Source: Squalus acanthias
Taxonomy: Eukaryota
Assembly (NCBI GenBank): GCA_030390025.1
Contig: CM059433.1
Location: 3,472,001 to 3,536,000, forward strand
Reading direction: 5' to 3'
DNA length: 64,000 nt
Below the pieces are notes generated by a model. That model worked only from the letters and a program-made list of their open reading frames with translations. It did no database searches and was not told the DNA's origin. Below are positions 21,666 to 33,800 of this stretch, one piece after another. The position numbers were made by a program, and so were the translations under genes. Position 1 is the first letter of the stretch, and each line of letters opens with the position of its first letter.

Positions 21666-24493
21666 AGTGTGTGTGAGGTGTGTGTGTGAGTGTGTGTGTG
21701 TGAGTGTGTGTGTGTGAGTGTGTGTGAGTGTGTTTGAGTGTGTGAGAGATGTGTGTGTGTGAGTGAGTGTGTGAGTGTGTGTGTGAGTGTGTGTGAGAGT
21801 GTGTGTGTGTGTGTGAGTGTGTGAGTGTGTGTGTGTGTGAGTGTGTGTGTGAGTGTGTGTGAGTGTGTGAGTGTGTGTGTGTGTGTGTGTGAGTGTGTGT
21901 GTGTGAGTGAGTGTGTGAGTGTGTGTATGAGTGAGTGTGTGTGTGTGTGTGTGAGTGTGAGTGTGTGTGTGTGTGTGTGAGAGAGTGAGTGAGTGTGTGT
22001 GTGTGAGTGTGAGTGAGTGTGAGTGAGTGTGAGTGTGTGTGAGTGTGAGTGAGTGTGAGTGTGAGTGAGTGTGTGTGAGTGTGATTGTGAGTGAGTGTGA
22101 GTGAGTGTGAGTGTGAGTGTGTGTGAGTGAGTGTGAGTGTGAGTGAGTGTGTGAGTGTGTGAGTGTGCGTGAGTGTGTGAGAGAGTGTGTGTGTGAGAGA
22201 GTGTGTGTGAGTGTGTGTGTGAGAGTGTGTGAGTGTGTGTGAGTGTGAGTGTGTGAGTGTGAGTGTGTGTGTGAGTGAGTGTGAGTGAGTGTGAGTGTGA
22301 GTGAGTGTGTGAGTGTGTGAGTGTGCGTGAGTGTGTGTGAGTGTGTGTGTGTGAGTGAGTGTGTGTGAGTGTGTGTATGAGTGAGTGTATGTGTGTGAGT
22401 GTGAGTGTGAGTGTGTGTGTGTGTGTGTGAGAGAGTGAGTGAGTGTGTGTGTGTGAGTGTGAGTGAGTGTGAGTGAGTGTGAGTGTGTGTGAGTGTGAGT
22501 GAGTGTGAGTGTGAGTGAGTGTGTGTGAGTGTGATTGTGAGTGAGTGTGAGTGAGTGTGAGTGTGAGTGAGTGTGAGTGAGTGTGAGTGTGAGTGAGTGT
22601 GTGAGTGTGTGAGTGTGCGTGAGTGTGTGAGAGAGTGTGTGTGTGAGAGAGTGTGTGTGAGTGTGTGTGTGAGAGTGTGTGAGTGTGTGTGAGTGTGAGT
22701 GTGTGAGTGTGAGTGTGTGTGTGAGTGAGTGTGAGTGAGTGTGAGTGTGAGTGAGTGTGTGAGTGTGTGAGTGTGTGTGAGTGTGTGTGAGTGTGTGTGT
22801 GAGTGTGAGTGAGTGTGAGTGAGTGTGAGTGTGTGTGAGTGTGAGTGAGTGTGAGTGTGAGTGAGTGTGTGTGAGTGTGATTGTGAGTGAGTGTGAGTGA
22901 GTGTGAGTGTGAGTGAGTGTGAGTGAGTGTGAGTGTGAGTGAGTGTGTGAGTGTGTGAGTGTGCGTGAGTGTGTGTGAGTGTGTGTGTGTGAGTGAGTGT
23001 GTGTGAGTGTGTGTGTGAGTGAGTGTATGTGTGTGAGTGTGAGTGTGTGTGTTTGTGTGGAGTGTGTGTGAGTGTGCGTGTGTGTGTGTGAGTGTGTGAG
23101 TGTGTGTGTGAGTGAGTGTGAGTGTGTGTATGAGTGTGTGTGTGTGAGTGTGTGTGTGTGAGTGTGAGTGTGTGAGTGTGAGTGTGTGTGTGAGTGTGTG
23201 AGTGTGTGTGTGTGTGTGAGAGAGAGTGTGTGTGTGAGAGTGTGTGTGAGTGTGTGTGTGTGTGTGTGTGTGAGTGTGTGTGTGAGTGTGTGAGTGTGTG
23301 TGTGTGTGTGTGTGAGTGTGAGTGTGTGTGTGTGAGTGTATGTGTGTGAGTGTGTGTGTGAGTGTGTGTGTGTGAGTGTGTGAGTGTGTGTGTGATGTGT
23401 GTGTGAGTGTGTGTGTGTGTGAGTGTGAGTGTGTGGTGTGTGTGTGTGTGTGTGAGTGTGTGTGTGTGAGAGTGTGTGTGTGTTTGAGTGAGTGTGAGTG
23501 TGTGTGTGTGTGTGAGTGTGTGTGTGTGTGAGTGTGTGTTTGAGTGTGGTGAGTGTGTGAGTGTGTGAGTGGGTGTGTGAGGTGTGTGTGTGTGAGTGTG
23601 TGTGTGTGTGAGAGTGTGTGTGTGTGGTGTGTGTGAGAGTGTGTGAGTGTGTGTGTGTGTGTGTGTGAGAGAGTGTGTGTGTGTGTGTGTGAGTGTGTGT
23701 GAGTGTGTGTGTGAGTGTGTGTGAGTGTGTGTGAGTGTGAGTGTGTGAGTGTGAGTGTGTGTGTGAGTGTGTGAGTGTGAGTGTGTGTGTGTGAGTGTGA
23801 GTGTGTGTGTGTGTGTGTGAGTGTGTGTGAGTGTGTGTGAGTATGTGTGTGTGTGTGTGAGTGTGAGTGTGAGTGTGTGAGTGTGTGTGTGTGTGAGTGT
23901 GTGAGTGTGAGTGTGTGTGTGTGTGTGTGTGAGAGTGTGTGTGTGCGTGAGTGTGAGTGTGAGTGTGTGAGTGTGAGTGTGTGTGTGTGTGTGTGAGTGT
24001 GAGTGCGTGAGTGTGTGTGTATGAGTGTGTGTGTGTGAGTGAGTGTGTGTGTGAGAGTGTGTGAGTGTGTGTGTGTGAGTGTGAGTGTGTGTGTGTGTGT
24101 GAGTGTGTGTGTGTGTGTGAGTGTGTGTGTGTGTGTGTGTGAGTGAGTGTGTGTGAGTTTGTGTTTGAGTGTGTGTGAGTGTGTGAGTGTGTGTGTGAGT
24201 GTGTGTGAGTGTGAGTGTGTGTGTGTGAGTGTGAGTGTGTGTGTGTGTGTGAGTGTGTGTGTGTGTGTGAGTGTGAGTGTGTGTGTGAGTGAGTGTGTGT
24301 GAGTTTGTGTTTGAGTGTGTGTGAGTGTGTGAGTGTGTGTGTGAGTGTGTGTGAGTGTGAGTGTGTGTGAGTGTGAGTGTGTGAGTGTGAGTGTGAGTGT
24401 GTGTGTGAGTGTATGTGTGTGTGAGTGTGTGTGTGTGTGAGTGTGTGTGAGTTTGTGTTTGAGTGTGTGTGAGTGTGTGAGTGTGAGTGTGTG

Positions 24494-24567
<74 letters not shown>

Positions 24568-24590
24568 TGTGTGTGTGAGTGTGTGTGTGT
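19893..24590. repeat. 4.7-kb compound (GT)n/(GAGT)n/(GAGTGT)n microsatellite
   Basis: Directly visible. Contains internal block duplications. Confidence 0.97.
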
Positions 24591-25851
24591 ACAACTCCCT
24601 TATATGTGAAAGTCTTTATACATGGAAGCACTGTAATGGCAGATTTCTTTTATAAGTCGCCATCAGCACTGCACTGGATGGAGTTGACTAACAGGTCAGT
24701 GCTGCAACATGAGAATGATTGTTTCACCTCACTGCACGACAGAGCATTGTGCTTCTGCTCGGTGTGGACCTCTCAGAGGCTGACCGAGATCTGAAGCAAA
24801 CCATCCGTTGCGGGCAGACATGTTTGAGCGTCAATCGAAACTGGGATTCAAAGCCGTGCTCGCTGGCGGGGAGCCCACAGCCTCTTATCTCCACTAACTG
24901 AACCGCCTTCTGAATTTTTGCAAAAGGGACCCTTTGCAGGAAGTGAAAAGGAGCATTTTCACTTCAGCTACCAATCAAACTTGGTTATTTTTGTTCCCCT
25001 TCTAATTTAAGGATAAAGAAGGCGTGATAGCTATTAAGGCAATTACATAACCAGTTTGTGGTAAGGATGATCACAGTCATGTCTCTTTTACCAAGAAATT
25101 GCTCAACCCAAGCTCATCCTAATGAGAAGCTGCCTTTGTGGAGAAAAATTGGCAATCTTCCCAGAACACCTCAGGAACCGCGCAGACACAGAGCAAATAG
25201 AGCCTGTCACTTTACAGCATAATGCCATGACCATCAGCCCTGTCAGCGCAGTGGGAAAGTGGAAGCCTGGGAGCACAGATGTCAACACTGAAAACAAAAT
25301 TGTCTTATCTGCGATGTAACCTTACAGGTCACGTGCAGGCTCACGGGAAAATGGTAATCCTCCGCCTTGTTCTCAGACACAAGCGAGCATTGTGCAGCGA
25401 CCAGCAGGAAGAGGAGGAATTTTGACTGGAAGCCAAATGGCTCTCTTGCACACTTAATATCCAACAGGACTCCCTGCACACAAACCTCTCAATATTTGGT
25501 TAACCAAAGTTAAACTAAAAAAAGCCCATCCAATGACATCACTCAGTGTAACATAACATTCCACAGAATCCAACATACACATAAGTCACTTGATGTTATT
25601 TGAGACCGTTTCCATGATACCATTTTTAATTTCAGCAGGATGAATACAGAAGCTTAATGTTCCCCGTCCTCTGACCTATCTCTGTGCACACCTTCAAAAC
25701 AAACACACCCCAGAGCTTTTGTCCTCTATGCCTCTTACTCATTAAAAGAGCATTTAGACACACAAAAGAGGTAAAAATATATTTGACATGAATTGTGTGT
25801 TTTAGAATCTTCATGATCATTCTGCTTATGTTTTACCAGGGAAACTAACAT

Positions 25852-26775
25852 TTTTTTTTATTTGTTCCTGGGATGTGTGCGTCGCTGGCAAGGCCAGCAT
25901 TTATTGCCCATCCCTAAATCCCCTCGAGCAGGTGGTGGTGAGCCGCCTTCTTGAACCGCTGCAGTCCATGTGGTGAAGGTACTCCCACAGTGCTGTTAGG
26001 GAGGGAGTTCCAGGATTTTGACCCAGCGACGATGAAGGATCGGCGATATACTTCTAAGTCAGGATGGTGTGTGACTTGGAGGGGAACTTGGAGGTGGTGG
26101 TGTTCTCATGCGCCTGCTGCCCTTGTCCTTCTAGGTGGAAGAGGTCGCGGGTTTGGGAGGTGCTGCCGAAGAGGCCTTGGTGAGTTGCTGCAGTGCATCT
26201 TGTAGATGGTACACACTGCAGCCACGGTACGCCGGTGATGGAGGGAGTGAATGTTTAAGGTGGTGGATGGGGTGCCAATCAAGCGGGCTGCTTTGTCCTG
26301 GATGATGTCGAGCTTCTTGAGTGTTGTTGGAGCTGCACTCATCCAGGCAAGTGGAGAGTAGTCCATCACACTCCTTACTTGTGCCTTGTAGATGGTGGAA
26401 AGGCTTTGGGGAGTCAGGAGGTGAGACACTCGCCACAGGATACCTAGCCTCTGACCTGCTCTTGTTGCCACAGTATTTATGTGGCTGGTCCAGTTAAGTT
26501 TCTGGTCAATGGTGATCCCCAGGATGTTGTTGATGGGGGATTCGGCGATGGTAATGCCATTGAATGTCAAGGGGCAGTGGTTAGACTCTCGCTTGTTGGA
26601 GATAGTCATTGCCTGGCACTTGTGTGGCATGAAGATACCTGCCAATTATCAGCCCAAGCCTGAATGTCATCCAGGTCTTGTTGCATGCGAGCATGGACTG
26701 CTTCATTATCTGAGGAGTTGCGAATGGCGCTGAACGCTATGTCATCATCGGCGAACATCCCCATTTCTTACCTTA
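25852..26775 (-). mobile_element. 5'-truncated LINE (CR1/L2-group RT, second family)
   Basis: The minus strand encodes MFADD...QQDLDDIQAWADNW...LGITIDQKLNWTSHI...YKAQVRSVMDYSPLAW. A-rich 3' end at 25852. Same family as 54066-54600. Confidence 0.85.
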
Positions 26776-27800
26776 AACATTCAAAGCTTAGAAGAAAGAT
26801 AGGTTCCCATTTATTTTCTTTCCCAATTTTTTCCATTCCCCTCCTGAAGGCTCTGAGTCTTCTTGAAGTACCATGCACGGGTACTAGCCCTCTAGACCTC
26901 TACTGCCCTATGGGCCTGGTCTGCAGGGCAAACCAATCTTGCAGTGGGGGCCTAAAACAGGTGTAAGGCCCCTTATTTGCCTATGAATAGGGCTTAAAGC
27001 CTATTTCAGGCGTGGGCACTGCACACCAATTTTTTCCTTTACCAATATGGAGGGTGACGCACTTTCAGCTCATAACGAGTGTGCGCTTCCTGCCCGCCAT
27101 ATTGGAGGCCATTTAGCACCAAAAGTACGAGCGCTGGCAGCCAAATTTCGTGTGTTGGCCATTCAGCTAAGTTTCTAAAAAAAGTAGCACTGATTACTTA
27201 TGTTTAGATGTCGTAGGCTGAAAGATGTTTTTACTTTCTTTTATCTGTAAACATATTTGTTGCTTTATAGTGTGGTTAACCAACATTTTGTTATGTGTGC
27301 TTTAACTCCTTCACCATTCCTGAAGTTAGCAATCATTTATTTACAAATTGCAAGCTATGTGGTGTTGACATGGAACTGATAGAGCTAAAAGCATTAGATT
27401 CAAATGTTTCCGTGAGATTTTCATATTGCGGAGTACATAGGAGAAGGTGGGTGACCCACTGACAATTAGGACCAGGCAAAATTAATACATTGATTTCAGA
27501 AGTACTTATTTCAAAGGCCTCAAAAGGGCTTTCACAGCCGATGAAACAGTTAAAGAGGAGCCATTAGGGGTCATGTGTAGGTAGCACCAAACTGAGCACT
27601 GAGTCAGCAGCATGGCGGCTCCGTCCGCTCATTGGTGCTGGAATAAGGTCCAAGTCAGTTGAAGCCCAGGCCACTTTAACATGTCACTGGCAAGCTGCGG
27701 GTGCCAAAAGGGCACCCCGCCCCAGCTGACCGGTTGTGGTAGACAGGAAATCACGGCGTCTACCATCCTGATCCGGTGGGCAGGTGATGCGGGGACTTTA

Positions 27801-30800
27801 CTGCACTGTCGGAGGGTCAGTACTGAGGGAGCGCTGCACTGTCGGAGGGGCAGTACTGAGGGAGCGCCGCACTGTTGGAGGGGCAGCATTGAGGGAGCGC
27901 CACACTGTCGGAGGAGCAGTACTGAGGGAGCGCTGCACTGTCGGAGGGGCAGTACTGAGGGAGCGCCGCACTGTCGGAGGGGCAGTACTGAGGGAGCGCC
28001 GCACTGTCGGAGGAGCAGTACTGAGGGAGCGCCGCACTGTCGGAATGGCAGTACTGAGGGAGCGCCGCACTATTGGAGGGGCAGTACTGAGGGAGCGCCG
28101 CACTGTCGGAGGGGCAGTACTGAGGGAGTGATGCACTGTCGGAGGGGCAGTACTGAGGGAGCGCCACACTGTCGGAGGGTCAGTACTGAGGGAGTGCTGC
28201 ACTGTCGGAGGGGCAGTACTGAGGGAGCGCTGCACTGTCGGAGGGGCAGTACTGAGGTAGCGCCGCATTGTCGAAGGGTCAGTACTGAGGGAGCGCGGCA
28301 CTGTCGGAGGGTCAGTACTGAGGGAGCGCCGCTCTGTCGGAGGGGCAGTACTGAGGGAGCGCCGCACTGTTGGAGGGGCAGTACTGAGGGAGTGATGCAC
28401 TGTCGGAGGGGCAGTACTGAGGGAGCGCCACACTGTCGGAGGGTCAGTACTGAGGGAGTGCTGCACTGTCAGAGGGGCAGTACTGAGGGAGCGCTGCACT
28501 GTCGGAGGGGCAGTACTGAGGTAGCGCCGCATTGTCGAAGGGTCAGTACTGAGGGAGCGCGGCACTGTCGGAGGGTCAGTACTGAGGGAGCACTGCACTG
28601 TCGGAGGGGCAGTACTGAGGGAGCACCGTACTGTCGGAGAGGCAGTACTGAGGGAGTGCCGCACTGTCGGAGGGTCAGTACTGAGGGAGTGCTGCACTGT
28701 CGGAGGGGCAGAACTGAGGGAGCGCTGCACTGTCGGAGGGGCAGTACTGAGGGAGTGCTGCACTGTCGGAGGCGGCAGCACTAAGGGAGCGCCAAACTGT
28801 CAGAGGGGCAGTACTGAGGGAGCGCCGTACTGTCGGAGGCGCAGTACTGAGGGAGCGCCGCACTGTCGGAGGGTCAGTACTGAGGGAGCGCTGCACTGTC
28901 GGAGGGGCAGTACTGAGGGAGCGCCGCACTTTCGGAGGGGCAGTACTGAGGGAGTGCTGCACTGTCGGAGGGGCTGTACTGAGGGAGCGCCGCACTGTCG
29001 GAGGGTCAGTACTGAGGGAGGTCTGCACTGTTGGAGGGGCAGTACTGAGGCAGCGCCGCACTGTCGGAGGGTCAGTGCTGAGGGAGCGCCGCATTGTCGG
29101 ATGGTCAGTACTGAGGGAGTGCTGCACTGTCGGAGGGTCAGTACGCAGGGAGCGCCGCACTGTCGGAGGGGCAGTATTGAGGGAGCGCCGCACTGTCGGA
29201 GGGGCGGTACTGAGGGAGTGCTGCACTGTCGGAGGGGCAGTACTGAGGGAGCGCTGCACTGTCGGAGGGGCAGTACTGAGGGAGTGCTGCACTGTCGGAG
29301 GGGGCAGTACTGAGGGAGCGCCGCACTGTCGGAGGGGCAGTACTGAGGGAGCGCCGCACTGTCGGAGGGGCAGTACTGAGGGAGCGCCGCACTGTCGGAG
29401 GGTCAGTGCTGAGGGAGCGCCGCAATGTCGGAGGGTCAGTGCCGAGGAAACGCCGCATTGTCGGATGGTCAGTACTGAGGGAGCGCCGCACTGTCGGAGG
29501 GGCAGTACTGAGGGAGCGCTGCACTGTTGGAGGGGCAGTACTGAGGGAGCGCCGCTCTGTCGGAGGGGCAGTACTGAGGGAACGCTGCACTGTCAGAGAG
29601 GCAGTACTGAGGGAGAGCTGCACTGTCGGAGGGGCAGTACTGAGGAAGCGATGCACTGTCGGAGGGGCAGTACTGAGGGAGCACCGCACTGTCGGAGGGG
29701 CAGTAGTGAGGGAGCGCCACACTATCAGAAGGTCAGTACTGAGGGAGTGCTGCACTGTCGGAGGGACAGTACTGAGGGAGTGCTGCACTGTCGGAGGGAC
29801 AGTATGAGGGAGTGCTGCACTGTCAGAGGGACAGTACTGAGGGAGTGCTGCACTGTCGGCGGGACAGTACTGAGGGAGTGCTGCACTGTCGGAGGGGCAG
29901 TACTGAGGGAGCACCGCACTGTCGGAGGGGCAGTACTGAGGGAGCGCCACACTGTCGGAGGGTCAGTACTGAGGGAGTGCTGCACTGTCGGAGGGGCAGT
30001 ACTGAGGGAGCGCTGCACTGTCGGAGGGGCAGTACTGAGGTAGCGCCGCATTGTCGAAGGGTCAGTACTGAGGGAGCGCGGCACTGTCGGAGGGTCAGTA
30101 CTGAGGGAGCGCTGCACTGTCGGAGGGGCAGTACTGAGGGAGCACCGTACTGTCGGAGAGGCAGTACTGAGGGAGTGCCGCACTGTCGGAGGGTCAGTAC
30201 TGAGGGAGTGCTGCACTGTCGGAGGGGCAGTACTGAGGGAGCGCTGCACTGTCGGAGGGGCAGTACTGAGGGAGTGCTGCACTGTCGGAGGCGGCAGCAC
30301 TAAGGGAGCGCCACACTGTCAGAGGGGCAGTACTGAGGGAGCGCCGTACTGTCGGAGGAGCAGTACTGAGGGAGCGCCGCACTGTCGGAGGGTCAGTACT
30401 GAGGGAGCGCTGCACTGTCGGAGGGGCAGTACTGAGGGAGCGCCGCACTTTCGGAGGGGCAGTACTGAGGGAGTGCTGCACTGTCGGAGGGGCTGTACTG
30501 AGGGAGCGCCGCACTGTCGGAGGGTCAGTACTGAGGGAGGTCTGCACTGTTGGAGGGGCAGTACTGAGGCAGCGCCGCACTGTCGGAGGGTCAGTGCTGA
30601 GGGAGCGCCGCATTGTCGGATGGTCAGTACTGAGGGAGTGCTGCACTGTCGGAGGGTCAGTACGCAGGGAGCGCCGCACTGTCGGAGGGGCAGTATTGAG
30701 GGAGCGCCGCACTGTCGGAGGGGCGGTACTGAGGGAGTGCTGCACTGTCGGAGGGGCAGTACTGAGGGAGCGCTGCACTGTCGGAGGGGCAGTACTGAGG

Positions 30801-33800
30801 GAGTGCTGCACTGTCGGAGGGGGCAGTACTGAGGGAGCGCCGCACTGTCGGAGGGGCAGTACTGAGGGAGCGCCGCACTGTCGGAGGGGCAGTACTGAGG
30901 GAGCGCCGCACTGTCGGAGGGTCAGTGCTGAGGGAGCGCCGCAATGTCGGAGGGTCAGTGCCGAGGGAACGCCGCATTGTCGGATGGTCAGTACTGAGGG
31001 AGCGCCGCACTGTCGGAGGGGCAGTACTGAGGGAGCGCTGCACTGTTGGAGGGGCAGTACTGAGGGAGCGCCGCTCTGTCGGAGGGGCAGTACTGAGGGA
31101 GCGCTGCACTGTCAGAGAGGCAGTACTGAGGGAGAGCTGCACTGTCGGAGGGGCAGTACTGAGGAAGCGATGCACTGTCGGAGGGGCAGTACTGAGGGAG
31201 CACCGCACTGTCGGAGGGGCAGTACTGAGGGAGCGCCACACTATCAGAAGGTCAGTACTGAGGGAGTGCTGCACTGTCGGAGGGACAGTACTGAGGGAGT
31301 GCTGCACTGTCGGAGGGACAGTATGAGGGAGTGCTGCACTGTCAGAGGGACAGTATGAGGGAGTGCTGCACTGTCGGCGGGACAGTACTGAGGGAGTGCT
31401 GCACTGTCGGAGGGGCAGTACTGAGGGAGCACCGCACTGTCGGAGGGGCAGTACTGAGGGAGCGCCACACTGTCGGAGGGTCAGTACTGAGGGAGTGCTG
31501 CACTGTCGGAGGGGCAGTACTGAGGGAGCGCTGCACTGTCGGAGGGGCAGTACTGAGGTAGCGCCGCATTGTCGAAGGGTCAGTACTGAGGGAGCGCGGC
31601 ACTGTCGGAGGGTCAGTACTGAGGGAGCGCTGCACTGTCGGAGGGGCAGTACTGAGGGAGCACCGTACTGTCGGAGAGGCAGTACTGAGGGAGTGCCGCA
31701 CTGTCGGAGGGTCAGTACTGCTAGAGTGCTTCACTGTCGGAGGGGCAGTACTGAGGGAGCGCTGCACTGTCGGAGGGCAGTACTGAGGGAGTGCTGCACT
31801 GTCGGAGGCGGCAGCACTAAGGGAGCGCCACACTGTCAGAGGGGCAGTACTGAGGGAGCGCCGTACTGTCGGAGGAGCAGTACTGAGGGAGCGCCGCACT
31901 GTCGGAGGGTCAGTACTGAGGGAGCGCTGCACTGTCGGAGGGGCAGTACTGAGGGAGCGCCGCACTTTCGGAGGGGCAGTACTGAGGGAGTGCTGCACTG
32001 TCGGAGGGGCTGTACTGAGGGAGCGCCGCACTGTCGGAGGGTCAGTACTGAGGGAGGTCTGCACTGTTGGAGGGGCAGTACTGAGGCAGCGCCGCACTGT
32101 CGGAGGGTCAGTGCTGAGGGAGCGCCGCATTGTCGGATGGTCAGTACTGAGGGAGTGCTGCACTGTCGGAGGGTCAGTACGCAGGGAGCGCCGCACTGTC
32201 GGAGGGGCAGTATTGAGGGAGCGCCGCACTGTCGGAGGGGCGGTACTGAGGGAGTGCTGCACTGTCGGAGGGGCAGTACTGAGGGAGCGCTGCACTGTCG
32301 GAGGGGCAGTACTGAGGGAGTGCTGCACTGTCGGAGGGGGCAGTACTGAGGGAGCGCCGCACTGTCGGAGGGGCAGTACTGAGGGAGCGCCGCACTGTCG
32401 GAGGGGCAGTACTGAGGGAGCGCCGCACTGTCGGAGGGTCAGTGCTGAGGGAGCGCCGCAATGTCGGAGGGTCAGTGCCGAGGGAACGCCGCATTGTCGG
32501 ATGGTCAGTACTGAGGGAGCGCCGCACTGTCGGAGGGTCAGTACTGAGGGAGCGCTGCACTGTCGGAGGGGCAGTACTGAGGGAGCACCGTACTGTCGGA
32601 GAGGCAGTACTGAGGGAGTGCCGCACTGTCGGAGGGTCAGTACTGCTAGAGTGCTTCACTGTCGGAGGGGCAGTACTGAGGGAGCGCTGCACTGTCGGAG
32701 GGGCAGTACTGAGGGAGTGCTGCACTGTCGGAGGCGGCAGCACTAAGGGAGCGCCACACTGTCAGAGGGGCAGTACTGAGGGAGCGCCGTACTGTCGGAG
32801 GAGCAGTACTGAGGGAGCGCCGCACTGTCGGAGGGTCAGTACTGAGGGAGCGCTGCACTGTCGGAGGGGCAGTACTGAGGGAGCGCCGCACTTTCGGAGG
32901 GGCAGTACTGAGGGAGTGCTGCACTGTCGGAGGGGCTGTACTGAGGGAGCGCCGCACTGTCGGAGGGTCAGTACTGAGGGAGGTCTGCACTGTTGGAGGG
33001 GCAGTACTGAGGCAGCGCCGCACTGTCGGAGGGTCAGTGCTGAGGGAGCGCCGCATTGTCGGATGGTCAGTACTGAGGGAGTGCTGCACTGTCGGAGGGT
33101 CAGTACGCAGGGAGCGCCGCACTGTCGGAGGGGCAGTATTGAGGGAGCGCCGCACTGTCGGAGGGGCGGTACTGAGGGAGTGCTGCACTGTCGGAGGGGC
33201 AGTACTGAGGGAGCGCTGCACTGTCGGAGGGGCAGTACTGAGGGAGTGCTGCACTGTCGGAGGGGGCAGTACTGAGGGAGCGCCGCACTGTCGGAGGGGC
33301 AGTACTGAGGGAGCGCCGCACTGTCGGAGGGGCAGTACTGAGGGAGCGCCGCACTGTCGGAGGGTCAGTGCTGAGGGAGCGCCGCAATGTCGGAGGGTCA
33401 GTGCCGAGGGAACGCCGCATTGTCGGATGGTCAGTACTGAGGGAGCGCCGCACTGTCGGAGGGGCAGTACTGAGGGAGCGCTGCACTGTTGGAGGGGCAG
33501 TACTGAGGGAGCGCCGCTCTGTCGGAGGGGCAGTACTGAGGGAGCGCTGCACTGTCAGAGAGGCAGTACTGAGGGAGAGCTGCACTGTCGGAGGGGCAGT
33601 ACTGAGGAAGCGATGCACTGTCGGAGGGTCAGTACTGAGGGAGCACCGCACTGTCGGAGGGGCAGTACTGAGGGAGCGATGCACTGTCAGAGGGTCAGTA
33701 CTGAGGGAGTGCCACACTGTCGGAGGGGCAGTACTGAGGGAGCGCTGCACTGTCGGAGGGGCAGTACTGAGGGAGCGCCGCTCTGTCGGAGGGGCAGTAC

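Noticed and set aside
19826..24631. 1601-aa and 1578-aa His/Thr-rich ORFs
   Set aside because: Translation of a (CA/CT)n microsatellite that lacks stop codons on that strand.
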